From Gemmatimonadales bacterium (GTDB lineage: Bacteria > Gemmatimonadota > Gemmatimonadetes > Longimicrobiales > Gaopeijiaceae): a stretch of 50,397 nucleotides of DNA. The notes beneath the pieces were generated by a model. The model was not told the DNA's origin, ran no database searches, and worked only from the letters and a program-made list of their open reading frames with translations. This document shows positions 30,068-38,890 of this stretch, in pieces; the stretch's first letter is position 1, and each line of letters begins with the position of its first letter. The stretch lies in the NCBI GenBank assembly GCA_041309665.1, contig JBFYZE010000088.1:1-50397 (forward strand), written 5' to 3'. Made by a program: the position numbers and the translations under genes.

Positions 30068-31741
30068 CTACACCTTCGCCGACCCGCGGATTCCGCGGCC
30101 TCCGCGCTTCCCCGTCTGCTCCCCGTCCCGGATGGTGATCACGCCGTTCACGACGACGTGCGGGACCCCCGCCGGGTACTGGTGCGGCTCCTCGAAGGTG
30201 GCGCGGTCGATGACCGTGTCGGGATCGAACGCCACCAGGTCCGCGAACGCTCCGACCGCGATGCGGCCCCGACCCTCCAGGCACATCCTGTCCGCCGGCG
30301 CCGACGTGACCTTGCGGATGGCCTCTGCCAGCGGGAGCACCTTCCGCTCCCGCACGTAGTGGCCGAGCAGCCGTGGGAAGGTGCCGTAGCTCCTGGGGTG
30401 CGGGGAGCTCTGGGCGAGGTGGCCGTAGGGCGCGTAGTTGCTCCCGTCGGAGCACACCATCCCCAGCGGATGGGCCAGGAGCTCCTCCACGTTCTCCTCG
30501 GACATGCCGAAGCCGATGGTGCCCACGCTCCCCCGGTTCTCCTCCAGGAGCAGGAGCGCGAGGGCGTAGGGCTCCATGCCGCGCTCGGTGGCCAGGTCGC
30601 CCAGCTTGCGTCCGCGGGCCCACGGGGTGCGCTCGCCCGCCGACGTGATCTGGATGTGGTTCCAGTCACCGAGCTGCGCGATCTTGCCGCGGCAGTAGCT
30701 CTCCAGCTGTCCGGCCGTGGCCGGATCGCGCAGGCGCGCGAGGAACGCCTGGGTGCCGCCGGAGCGCATGTCGGTGGGGAAGAGGTTGGTCAGACCCGTC
30801 GAGTACGCGACGTAGGGGTAGACGTCGAAGCGCGCGTCCAGCCCCGACGCGCGGGCCTCGGCCAGCAGGTCGAGGATCACCTCCTGCTTCCAGTGGTTGC
30901 GCTGGCCCTGGGCCTTCAGGTGGGAGATCTGGACGGGCACGCCCGCCATGCGGCCCACGTGGAAGAGCTCCTCGATGGCCCCCAGCACCCGGTCGTCCTC
31001 GTTGCGCATGTGGGACGCATAGGGGAGACCGGTCCCCTTCAGGACCGACGCGAGCGCGATGAGCTCGTCCACCCGGGCGAAGCCCGAGGGCGTATACTCG
31101 AGCCCCGAGGAGAGCCCCACGCACCCGCCGGCGACGGCCTTGCGGAGCTCCTCCTTCATGACTGCGAGCTCCGCCTCGGTGGCCGGTCGGTCCTCGTTGC
31201 CCACGGCGAAGCTCCGGAGGTCGCCGTTCCCGACCAGCGTCGCGGCGTTCACGGAGGGGCGGAGGCGGTCGATCCCCGCCAGGAAGCCGGCCGGGTCGCG
31301 GAAGTCGATCTCCACCCCGTAGCGTTCCCGGTAGCTCTCGCGGGTCCGCCGGAACTCCTCCTCCGTCCACGGTCCCGGCGATCCGCCGCAGTTCCCGCCC
31401 ACCTCCAGCGTCACGCCCTGGCGGATGCGGCTCTCCACGTTGGGGTTCTCGAAGATGGGCATGTCCACGTGGGTGTGGATGTCGATGAAGCCCGGCGCAA
31501 GCGCCAGCCCGCGCAGGTCCATCTCCTCGGAGCCGGCGGGAAGAGCGCTCCCCAGCGCGGTGATCCGGTCGCCGGTGACGGCCACGTCCAGCTCCCGGCC
31601 GGGAGCCCCCGTTCCGTCGAAGACGAGGGCCCCCCGCAGGACGAGGTCGGCCCGGGTCCGCCCGAATACGTGTCCCGGCGAGACGAAGGCTCCCGTAGCG
31701 GCTACGGCGCTGGCTCTCACGAAGGTGCGGCGTCTCATCAT
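30068..31741 (-). CDS. N-acyl-D-amino-acid deacylase (D-aminoacylase, amidohydrolase superfamily)
   Basis: Tat-like N-terminus (MMRRRTFVRASAVAATGA). PGFIDIHTHVD metal-binding motif. 557 aa. Confidence 0.85.
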   Translation of the reverse strand: MMRRRTFVRASAVAATGAFVSPGHVFGRTRADLVLRGALVFDGTGAPGRELDVAVTGDRITALGSALPAGSEEMDLRGLALAPGFIDIHTHVDMPIFENPNVESRIRQGVTLEVGGNCGGSPGPWTEEEFRRTRESYRERYGVEIDFRDPAGFLAGIDRLRPSVNAATLVGNGDLRSFAVGNEDRPATEAELAVMKEELRKAVAGGCVGLSSGLEYTPSGFARVDELIALASVLKGTGLPYASHMRNEDDRVLGAIEELFHVGRMAGVPVQISHLKAQGQRNHWKQEVILDLLAEARASGLDARFDVYPYVAYSTGLTNLFPTDMRSGGTQAFLARLRDPATAGQLESYCRGKIAQLGDWNHIQITSAGERTPWARGRKLGDLATERGMEPYALALLLLEENRGSVGTIGFGMSEENVEELLAHPLGMVCSDGSNYAPYGHLAQSSPHPRSYGTFPRLLGHYVRERKVLPLAEAIRKVTSAPADRMCLEGRGRIAVGAFADLVAFDPDTVIDRATFEEPHQYPAGVPHVVVNGVITIRDGEQTGKRGGRGIRGSAKV

Positions 31742-31999
31742 CTATCCCCGGCGGATGCGGCCGGGCTCCAGTCCGCCAGCGTGGAGGATCTTCTCCTGGA
31801 GGCGCTGGCCTTCCTCATCGGCGAAGTCGAGTATGCGGCTCAGGGCCGTCCGCACCGAGGCGTACTGCTCGGCGGGGAAGTCGGGCCCTTCGGCGGTCTT
31901 CAGTGCGCCCTCGAGGGCGTCGAGCTCGCGCTCGGCCTTCTCGGCCGCGCGCGCGAGGCGGTTCAGGGCCTTGCGGGCCTCGGACTCGGCGGAGCTCAT
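31742..31999 (-). CDS. Hypothetical small helical/coiled-coil protein (85 aa)
   Basis: GC3-rich codons. Its stop directly abuts the aminoacylase start with no gap. No recognisable motif. Confidence 0.5.
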   Translation of the reverse strand: MSSAESEARKALNRLARAAEKAERELDALEGALKTAEGPDFPAEQYASVRTALSRILDFADEEGQRLQEKILHAGGLEPGRIRRG

Positions 32000-32041
32000 G
32001 GGGCCAACATGTCCAGGGAGCCCCCGGCCAGCAATGGCAGC

Positions 32042-33250
32042 CTAGAAGAACCGGGCGTGGACGAGCGTGAGGCCCAGCGCCGGCCTCCGGACCAGGCCGC
32101 GGGAACCGTCCAGCTCCAGCATGCGCGGGTGCGGCATGGGCGCCCCCACACTCCAACTCCCCTCCGACAGGTTGAGGAGCGCGCCTCCGGGAGGTGTTGC
32201 AGCAGCAGGCTCCGCGGCGTCGAAGCCGCGCGTGTTCAGCACGCCCAGGGCGAGCCCGGCCATGCTCCCGGCCAGCGGGATCGCCATCGCCACCTTCTCG
32301 TCGTCGGGCTGGGTGAGGAGGTCCACCCCGAGCCCCGAGAGCCCCCCGATGACGCCGTAGATGCTCACGATGCGGGCGCGGCTCCGGGTCGGGTTCCAGT
32401 CGGGCGCCTTCAGGGCGGTGGCGGCGAGCCCCGCGTTCCCTCCGAGGAGCGTCGCGGCCAGGAGCGCGTCCTCCTCCAGGTCGGCCAGGTATCCGAAGCC
32501 GAACCCGAACCAGGTGCCCCAGAGCGAGCCGAAGTTCACCGCCGTGGCCACCCCCGGCGAGATGGGCCGGCTCGAAAGCGCCGCCCCCGCGGCGATCCCC
32601 GCGGCGCCCCCGAGGATCATGGCGGCGAACGTCTCCTCACTGGAGTCGCCCTCGTCGTAGCAGGAGCGGCCGAAGGGGTCGTCGTAGCAGACCTCGTCGG
32701 TCCCCAGGTCCAGGACCTGGGCCCAGCCCATGCCCTGCCATGTCCCCCAGGTGCCCCCCAGGGTGATGGCGCGTGCCTGTCCCTCGGTGAGGTCCCGCGA
32801 ACCGGCGATCTGCTTGCCGGCGAAGAAGCCCGCCGGGCCTCCCAGCAGGAGGCCGAGGCCGTACGGCTCCGACTCGTCGGCGCCCAGAGCCCCCGGCAAC
32901 GCGATCCCCAGCCAGAGACCGTAGAGGGTGCTCCAGACCTGGAGCTCCACGCGGCCGCTCCCCGCGGTTCCCGCGACCCTGGCGGCACCCAGGCGCAGGC
33001 GCGCCACCTCCGCCGCCGGCGTGGACGGGAAGCGCTCCGCGATGAGCCGGTAGAGGGCATCCGCCACGTCGTGGCGCCCCTGCGAGGAGAACCGGCTGGC
33101 GGCGTCCAGGAGGACCTCCGCCGAGTCGGCGGGGGTGACCTGCGTGGGCAACGCCGGGGTGGGCGTCACCTGGGCCGCCCCGCGACCGGCGGGTGCAGCG
33201 ACCGCGACGCAGAGCAGGAGCGCGGCTAGTCTGACGGCTCGTGGGAGCAT
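32042..33250 (-). CDS. Hypothetical secreted/membrane protein with a Gly-rich (glycine-zipper-like) hydrophobic core
   Basis: ATG at 33250 (MLPRAVRLAALLLCVAVAAPA, a signal peptide). An N-terminal helical segment is followed by repeated GxxxG-rich hydrophobic segments. Confidence 0.55.
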   Translation of the reverse strand: MLPRAVRLAALLLCVAVAAPAGRGAAQVTPTPALPTQVTPADSAEVLLDAASRFSSQGRHDVADALYRLIAERFPSTPAAEVARLRLGAARVAGTAGSGRVELQVWSTLYGLWLGIALPGALGADESEPYGLGLLLGGPAGFFAGKQIAGSRDLTEGQARAITLGGTWGTWQGMGWAQVLDLGTDEVCYDDPFGRSCYDEGDSSEETFAAMILGGAAGIAAGAALSSRPISPGVATAVNFGSLWGTWFGFGFGYLADLEEDALLAATLLGGNAGLAATALKAPDWNPTRSRARIVSIYGVIGGLSGLGVDLLTQPDDEKVAMAIPLAGSMAGLALGVLNTRGFDAAEPAAATPPGGALLNLSEGSWSVGAPMPHPRMLELDGSRGLVRRPALGLTLVHARFF

Positions 33251-33306
33251 GGTAGCCCGGGACAGGGTCGGGGTGGATGGTATCAAGATACCCCCTCGGG
33301 CGCGCT

Positions 33307-33753
33307 TCAGGTGCCCGCGCCACCCACCAGGCATACGTGCGCGGGGGTCGCACCCAGGACCGCTGCAAGCCTCACGCCACGGTCGAAGGTGACCAGGCGC
33401 CCTGCGCGGCGCACGGCCAGGGCGAGGAGATACGCGTCCGTGAGCTCCCGGTAGCCCGACAGGTGCGCGGGCTCCACCCGTCCCGGGTCGAGGAGCGAGA
33501 CGTCGTCGGGCCAGAACGCGTGCCCTCCGCTCGCCTGGAAGCTGCGCAAACGCTCCGCGGCGTCGGCGACGGTGGTGCGCCGCCCCGGGTACGCCGGGTT
33601 GGACAGGACCCGGAGGAGGCCGTTCTCCGTGATGGGGCAGGTGGCCCATCCCACGCCGCGCTCCGCCGAGAACCAGGCGTGGGCCACGTCGTGGTGGAGA
33701 TGCGCCGGGTCGAAGAGCGCCACCAACACGTTCACGTCGAGGAGGTGGACCAT
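33307..33753 (-). CDS. vapC: Type II toxin, PIN-domain ribonuclease VapC
   Basis: MVHLLDVNVLVAL with the first acidic PIN residue. Later TDAYLLALA and LVTFD motifs. Lies 13 nt after its antitoxin. Confidence 0.85.
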   Translation of the reverse strand: MVHLLDVNVLVALFDPAHLHHDVAHAWFSAERGVGWATCPITENGLLRVLSNPAYPGRRTTVADAAERLRSFQASGGHAFWPDDVSLLDPGRVEPAHLSGYRELTDAYLLALAVRRAGRLVTFDRGVRLAAVLGATPAHVCLVGGAGT

Positions 33754-33766
33754 GGCCGGGGCCCGC

Positions 33767-33994
33767 TCAGGCGTCGTCGCGGAGGCGGTCCACCACCTCG
33801 CTCGTCACGATCCCCTCGCCGGCGACGGGATCGAGGATCGGGACGCCGTTTCGCACCCCCCCGGTCGCCCGGTTGGCGGCCAGGGCGCCGCGCGCGAGCT
33901 CGGAGAGCACCTCGCCGGCGGTGGCACCCCGGAGCTCGGCCAGCTCCTTCACGGCCAGGAGGACGTCGTCGTCCAGGTTCAGGGTAGTTCTCAT
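33767..33994 (-). CDS. vapB: Type II antitoxin VapB (MRTTLNLDDD-type)
   Basis: 75 aa. Tail of track ORF 33767..34297. The N-terminus MRTTLNLDDDVLLAVKELA is typical of VapB-like antitoxins. Confidence 0.8.
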   Translation of the reverse strand: MRTTLNLDDDVLLAVKELAELRGATAGEVLSELARGALAANRATGGVRNGVPILDPVAGEGIVTSEVVDRLRDDA

Positions 33995-34012
33995 GCATCT
34001 AGCATCATGCAT
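33993..34012 (-). promoter_or_regulatory. Candidate operator: two ATGCAT palindromes at the vapB start
   Basis: ATGCAT occurs at 33993..33998, overlapping the start codon, and at 34007..34012. The patch is locally AT-rich in a very GC-rich genome. Confidence 0.3.
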
Positions 34013-34067
34013 CACGCACCTGGACGCAATGCTGTCCCGAGCCCAGGCCAGCCCCGGGTGATATGGA

Positions 34068-34364
34068 TCAGGGGGAGTCGGGCCACCGCGCGGGGGTTCG
34101 GCGCTCGTGAATGCAGGCCAGCACGATCGTTTCCGCGCCGTCGAAGACGTAGAGCACCGCGTAGGGGAACTTGCGAAGAATGGCTCTCCGGACTTCGCCG
34201 CGAATGGTCGGGCACGACTCGGGAGCTTCGGAGATGCGCGCGAGGCCTTCGGAAACGGCGCGGAGGAATGCCCTGTCCAAGCCCGGCGCGCGATCACGGT
34301 ACCAAGCCGTCGCCTCGTTGATCTCGACCTCGACCTGAGGCCGGATCCGAATGGGATGCACCAC
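34068..34364 (-). CDS. Type II toxin, ParE/RelE superfamily
   Basis: A GTG start at 34364 lies 2 nt after the antitoxin TAG. IRIRPQVEVEINEATAWY and AVLYVFDGAETIVLACIHERR are typical of the family. Confidence 0.7.
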   Translation of the reverse strand: MVHPIRIRPQVEVEINEATAWYRDRAPGLDRAFLRAVSEGLARISEAPESCPTIRGEVRRAILRKFPYAVLYVFDGAETIVLACIHERRTPARWPDSP

Positions 34365-34366
34365 CC

Positions 34367-34585
34367 CTACCTCGACTCGAGGCGCGCCTTGACTGTCTCC
34401 CACGGGATGGCGGACGCGGGGTCGGCCCGATGCTCGGCAAGCCGCCGATCCAGGGTCGCCTTCTGCTCCTCGGTGAGGGGCAGATCCTCCGCCGTGGGCT
34501 CGAGTGTGTCCCAGATGTCCTGGGCCAACCGAACCCGCTCGGCAACGCTGAGCCGCCGGATCGCGTTCATGTCGATCTTCACCAT
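34367..34585 (-). CDS. Putative addiction-module antitoxin (72 aa)
   Basis: Tail of track ORF 34367..36673 (MVKIDMNAIRRLSVAERVRLAQDIWDTL...IPWETVKARLE). An alternative ATG is at 34570. Confidence 0.65.
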   Translation of the reverse strand: MVKIDMNAIRRLSVAERVRLAQDIWDTLEPTAEDLPLTEEQKATLDRRLAEHRADPASAIPWETVKARLESR

Positions 34586-34642
34586 ACCGGAATGTGGAGA
34601 CGTCCTTCCCTTTCGATCAAGCTCTTTGTCGGCCATGACTAC

Positions 34643-34672
34643 GGGCCCAGGATGCCGAAGCACCCTGGGCCC
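34643..34672 (-). terminator. Stem-loop downstream of the BNR/sortilin gene
   Basis: GGGCCCAGG-12 nt-CCTGGGCCC forms a 9-bp perfect stem about 80 nt after the stop at 34753. Confidence 0.45.
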
Positions 34673-34752
34673 GGGAATGTCCGTGCGAGACAGGAGCGGG
34701 GGAGCGTGGAGCGCCCCGCCCCGCGTCGCGCCGTCTAATCGGTCGCTTGCCT

Positions 34753-37584
34753 CTACCTCTCCCCCAGCCAGTGGTCCATGAGCACCTTCACCATCGTCGT
34801 GTGCGTCTGGCCGTTCACGGAGAGCGTCACCTTGTAGGTGCCGGGCGCTGCGGTCGGCGCCTGCCCCGCGCCACCACCGCCGCCACCTGTGGCTCCCGCC
34901 GGCCGCGGGGGCGGCTGCTCGCCCCGCAGGTCCCACTGCACCCGGTTGAGGCCGGCGAGCCCGGTCCCCTTCAGCGTGCGGAACGCCTGGCCGGTGGCCA
35001 GGTCGGAGATGGTGACCGTCACGTCGCCCCGGGCTGCGTTGGCCAGGTAGTAGTGGATGGCCGTCCCGGGGGGCGCATTCTCGCCCAGCCAGTTCTTGTC
35101 CCCCGTCACCGAGCGCCCTCTCTGGATGTCGGCGGCCCACGCCACCGCCTCCCTCGGCTGGAACAGGTGCACGGGCTGGGGGAGCGTCTCCATGCGCATC
35201 TGCTGCAGTGCCGTGACATCGTCCATGACGTAGATGGAGCGTCCGTGGGTGGCCAGGATCAGGTCGCCGTCCCGGGGGTGCACCAGCACGTCGTCGATGC
35301 GCACCACGGGAAGATTGTTCATGAACCGCACCCAGCTCTTCCCCTCGTCCCCGGAGATGAAGAACCCGAACTCCGTGCCCACGTAGAGGAGCGTCGGGTT
35401 CTTCGGGTCCTGTCGCACCGTGTTCACGTTGCCGTGGGGGGGCAGGTCGGACACGATGCTCGACCACGTCGCACCGTAGTCGCGGGTGACGAAGACGTAG
35501 GGCTTCATGTCGCCGGAGCGGTGGCCGTCCAGAGACGCGTACGCCGTGCCCGCGTCGAACCAGGAGGCCTCCACGCGAGACACGTAGTACTCCTTCGTGC
35601 CGCCCGGGACGTTCTTCCCCACCTCCGCCCAGGTCGCGCCTCCGTCCTTGCTCACCTGGATGTTCCCGTCGTCGGTGCCGACCCAGAGGACGCCGGGCAC
35701 GAGGGGAGACTCGGCCACGGTGATCGCCGTACCGTAGTTGGTCACGCCGTCGTTGCGCGACAGGATGCACTTCTCCCCGCGCACCACCTGGTCGCAGCGC
35801 GGCAGGTCGTTCTTGAACCCCATGATCGTGACCTTGTCCCGGTCCACGCTCTTCGTCAGGTCCGCGGTCATGGTCCAGGTCTCGCCCCGGTCCCTGGAGA
35901 TGAAGAGGCGGTTCCCCCCGGCGTAGATCGTCCTCGGGTTGTGCGGAGAGAGGAGCAGCGGCGTGTTCCAGTTGAACTTGAGCTGCGTCCCCACCGCGGG
36001 GACGGGCCGGATGTTCGATGCCGGGTTCTGGGCTGTGGGCACCGTTGGACGGATGCTCTTCTGCTCGCCGGTGCGCAGGTCGAAGCGGCGGATGTTGCCG
36101 TTCTGCGACTCGGCGAAGATGACGTTGTAGTCGGTGGGATCCACCTGCGTGTAGAATCCGTCGCCCCCGCCCACCCGGAACCAGTCCTGCGGAAGGATCT
36201 GACCGGTCCGCACCGAGCTGGGCCCGCACCAGGAGCCGTTGTCCTGGAGGCCGGTGCACACGTAGTAGGGCCTGCGCATGTCCACGGAGGCGTGGTACGG
36301 CTGTCCCACCGCCCAGGTGCGCAAGGACTCCCACGTTTCGCCCTGGTCCCACGTCACGTCCACCGACCCGTCGTTCCCGATGAGGATGTGGTCGTGGTTC
36401 AGCGGGTCGATCCAGAGGGCGTGCTGGTCCACGTGGCCGAAGCCGTCCAGCTCCTCCCACGTCCTGCCGCCGTCCTTGGACTTCCACACCGGCAGGTCCA
36501 CCACGTACACCAGCTCCGGGTCCGAGGGCGACACGCGGATCTTGCTGAAGTACATGGGGCGCCCGTTCTTGTTGGAGCGGAACTCCCACGTCCTTCCCTT
36601 GTCCGTGGAGCGCCACACACCCGAGTACTCGGCGTCTGGGGGGAGCGAGTCGGCCCGCGCCAGCCGCTGCCACCGCTCACGCTCCTCGGTGGAGAGGGGC
36701 GCCTCGTCGTCGGCCGCCAGCTCCATCTGGACGTACACGACGTTCGGGTCCGCCGGCGTCATCGCCAGCGCGATGCGTCCCTTCGTCCCCTCGGGGAACC
36801 CGCCGCCCGTCACCTTCGACCACGTGTCCCCGCCGTCGTCGGAGCGCCAAAGCCCCGAGCCCGGACCGCCGCCCACGAAGCAGCATGCCGTGCGCCGCCG
36901 CTGATAGGTTGCGGCGAACAGGGTGTTCGGGTTCGACGGGTCCACCACCATGTCGATGACCCCCGTGTCGTCATCGATCTTCAGCACGTGGCGCCACGTG
37001 GCGCCGCCGTCCGTGCTCTTGAAGACACCGCGCTCGGGGTTGGGCCCGAAGAGGCGCCCTACCGCCCCCACCCACACCACGTCGTGGTTGGAAGGGTGGA
37101 CCAGGACCTTGCTGATGGTCTGGGTCTCGCGGAGCCCCGTGTGGGCGAAGGTCTCCCCCCCGTCGGTGCTCTTGTAGACGCCGGCGCCGAAGGACGAGCT
37201 TTGTCGGTTGTTGGGCTCCCCCGTCCCCACGTACACGACGTCGGGGCGGGAGCGCGCGATGCCGATGTCGCCGATGGAGTGCGTCTCGTGGGTGTCGAAG
37301 ACGGGCCGGAACGTGGTCCCGTTGTTCGTCGTCTTCCAGATCCCTCCCGTGGCGAAGCCCACGAAGAAGGTGCGCCAGTCCGCGGGGTGGACCTCGATGT
37401 CGTCCACGCGGCCGCCCTGTCCCACCGGGCCGATGCTACGCCAGCGGAAGGGGCGCAGGAGCGGGTTGTCGGTGGCGTTGATGAGGGAGGGCTGCGCCTG
37501 CGGGGACTGCTGGGCGCCGGAGGGCGCAGGAGCCAGGACGGCCAGGGCGAGGAGGACAGCCACCGGCCAGGACGCACGGGACAT
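34753..37584 (-). CDS. Secreted sortilin/VPS10-type BNR-repeat protein (double beta-propeller, glycosyl-hydrolase-like)
   Basis: Signal peptide. Many S/TxDxGxTW BNR motifs (STDGGETF, STDGGATW, SDDGGDTW, STDKGRTW, SKDGGRTW, SRDRGETW, SKDGGATW, TRDYGATW, GDEGKSW). Confidence 0.85.
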   Translation of the reverse strand: MSRASWPVAVLLALAVLAPAPSGAQQSPQAQPSLINATDNPLLRPFRWRSIGPVGQGGRVDDIEVHPADWRTFFVGFATGGIWKTTNNGTTFRPVFDTHETHSIGDIGIARSRPDVVYVGTGEPNNRQSSSFGAGVYKSTDGGETFAHTGLRETQTISKVLVHPSNHDVVWVGAVGRLFGPNPERGVFKSTDGGATWRHVLKIDDDTGVIDMVVDPSNPNTLFAATYQRRRTACCFVGGGPGSGLWRSDDGGDTWSKVTGGGFPEGTKGRIALAMTPADPNVVYVQMELAADDEAPLSTEERERWQRLARADSLPPDAEYSGVWRSTDKGRTWEFRSNKNGRPMYFSKIRVSPSDPELVYVVDLPVWKSKDGGRTWEELDGFGHVDQHALWIDPLNHDHILIGNDGSVDVTWDQGETWESLRTWAVGQPYHASVDMRRPYYVCTGLQDNGSWCGPSSVRTGQILPQDWFRVGGGDGFYTQVDPTDYNVIFAESQNGNIRRFDLRTGEQKSIRPTVPTAQNPASNIRPVPAVGTQLKFNWNTPLLLSPHNPRTIYAGGNRLFISRDRGETWTMTADLTKSVDRDKVTIMGFKNDLPRCDQVVRGEKCILSRNDGVTNYGTAITVAESPLVPGVLWVGTDDGNIQVSKDGGATWAEVGKNVPGGTKEYYVSRVEASWFDAGTAYASLDGHRSGDMKPYVFVTRDYGATWSSIVSDLPPHGNVNTVRQDPKNPTLLYVGTEFGFFISGDEGKSWVRFMNNLPVVRIDDVLVHPRDGDLILATHGRSIYVMDDVTALQQMRMETLPQPVHLFQPREAVAWAADIQRGRSVTGDKNWLGENAPPGTAIHYYLANAARGDVTVTISDLATGQAFRTLKGTGLAGLNRVQWDLRGEQPPPRPAGATGGGGGGAGQAPTAAPGTYKVTLSVNGQTHTTMVKVLMDHWLGER

Positions 37585-37711
37585 ACGCGCTCCTTGGAGA
37601 GGGAGAGGGTGCTCCCGTGAGATTCCGGCGCGTCGAGCGCGTTGTCAACGCGGGATACGGACGAGGCCTTCCTACCTCATGTGCCTATGTGCGCAGTGCA
37701 CAGTCCGGCAC

Positions 37712-38113
37712 TCAGCGGTACCGCAGGACCTCGAGGCGCGGAACGCGCGCGAAGGCAGAGACGTCCGCGGTCAGGAGGGGTAGCTCGTGACAGAGGCTCG
37801 TGGCTGCGATCCAGAGGTCGTTGGAGCCCATGGGCGTCCCCGCCTCCCGGAGCTCGCGGGCCAGTGCGCCGTAGGTCAGCGCCACTTCCTCGTCCACCCG
37901 GAGCAGGGTGTGCGTGTCGCGCAGGACCCGCACGGCGGGGTGGTCCAGGTCGGCGAAGCCCTGGGCCATTTCGCCCAAGGCCACCACGGAAAGGAACAGC
38001 TCCGACCCCGCTTCCTCCCGGAGGAAGCGATGGGCCGGGCCCTCCTCACCTCGCCGCCGCTCTCGCTGGAGGTCGATGAGGAACGAGGTGTCGAGGCTCA
38101 GCGGGCGCGCCAC
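37712..38113 (-). CDS. vapC: Type II toxin, PIN-domain ribonuclease VapC
   Basis: A GTG start at 38113 overlaps the antitoxin 3' end by 16 nt. LSLDTSFLIDL and NDLWIAATS PIN motifs are present. Confidence 0.8.
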   Translation of the reverse strand: MARPLSLDTSFLIDLQRERRRGEEGPAHRFLREEAGSELFLSVVALGEMAQGFADLDHPAVRVLRDTHTLLRVDEEVALTYGALARELREAGTPMGSNDLWIAATSLCHELPLLTADVSAFARVPRLEVLRYR

Positions 38114-38343
38114 GGATCCTCGGGCGGCATGTCCTCGGCCTGGGCCGCATCGAGACGATCCAGGGTCTCCTCGTCCACCAGCGGCGTGCCTCGCAGGGCT
38201 TCCAGAAAGTAGCCCGCCGTTCGGGGAGGCGATTCCCAAACGGCCCGCTTGATCACGCGGGAGAACGACTCGTCCGGGGAGCGCCGGGCCCGTCTCAAGC
38301 GCTCGTACGCATCGAGGTCGACGGAGATGGTCTTGGTGGCCAT
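38098..38343 (-). CDS. vapB: Type II antitoxin (VapB-antitoxin family, KTISVDLDAYERL type)
   Basis: ATG at 38343. MATKTISVDLDAYERLRRARRSPDESFSRVIKR is typical of this antitoxin family. Confidence 0.75.
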   Translation of the reverse strand: MATKTISVDLDAYERLRRARRSPDESFSRVIKRAVWESPPRTAGYFLEALRGTPLVDEETLDRLDAAQAEDMPPEDPWRAR

Positions 38344-38346
38344 GAG

Positions 38347-38373
38347 GTATGCATACGCAGGTGCATGCATGCA
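38347..38373 (-). promoter_or_regulatory. Candidate operator: GTATGCATAC and TGCATGCATGCA palindromes just upstream of the antitoxin start
   Basis: Perfect 10-bp (38347..38356) and 12-bp (38362..38373) palindromes lie 4-30 nt upstream of ATG 38343. Confidence 0.35.
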
Positions 38374-38395
38374 GTCAAGTGGGTCCCGCTCTACC

Positions 38396-38791
38396 CTACT
38401 GAGGACCCTCATCCTCCTCCAACCACCTCCGGGCACGGGCGTGCAGCGCCATGCCGTCGATGGGCCGGAACAGGACATCATCCGGGTCCACCCGGACGCC
38501 GCCGGGGTCCAGGGCACCCATCTGGAGCATGTCGATGGAGAGCCTACGGCACTCCACGCCGAGCCGCGCGTCCTCCCCGTCGACGGTGGTCCCGTAGTAC
38601 TCGTCGTTCCCCGGGACGTAGACGATGCGACGGGCGGGGAAGGCGCTCCTCGCCCACGAGGGGCCGCCGGTGCCGGTGAAGATGTCGCCCGCGAGGATCA
38701 CGACGTTCGCACCCACGTCCGGCACCTCGCACGGTCCGAATTCGAGGTGCAGGTCGGAGAGGATCTGCAGCTTCATGGAGACTCGCCGCAT
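38396..38791 (-). pseudogene. Truncated/decayed metallophosphoesterase (N-terminal half only)
   Basis: MKLQILSDLHLEF, VVILAGDI and VPGNDEYYG (GNHE with H changed to D) are present. The later metal-binding motifs expected in this fold were not seen. Only 131 aa. Ends 52 nt from the TA module. Confidence 0.5.
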
Positions 38792-38890
38792 CCGCTCATG
38801 GTCACCGCCCCCGGGGGAGGGCGGCGCAATGGACCAGATAGGGCAGCCTGGTCTCCCCGAGGCGCGTGTAGAACGTGGGCCCGTCCCTCG

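Noticed and set aside
27045-33229. Plus-strand giant ORFs 27045..30359 (1104 aa) and 30158..33229 (1023 aa)
   Set aside because: They are antisense shadows of the PEP/pyruvate-binding protein, the D-aminoacylase and the membrane protein genes. The composition is low-complexity, rich in His, Arg, Gly, Glu and Pro.
34747-37620. Plus-strand 957-aa ORF, and off-frame minus-strand ORF 34367..36673, over the BNR gene
   Set aside because: The frame at 34753..37584 carries a signal peptide and many BNR motifs. The others are shadows. Only the last 72 codons of 34367..36673 are real, and they encode the antitoxin.
37638-37652. Short palindrome CGCGTT-GTC-AACGCG upstream of the BNR/sortilin gene
   Set aside because: It has only a 6-bp stem in GC-rich DNA. 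This is too short to distinguish from chance without comparative data.
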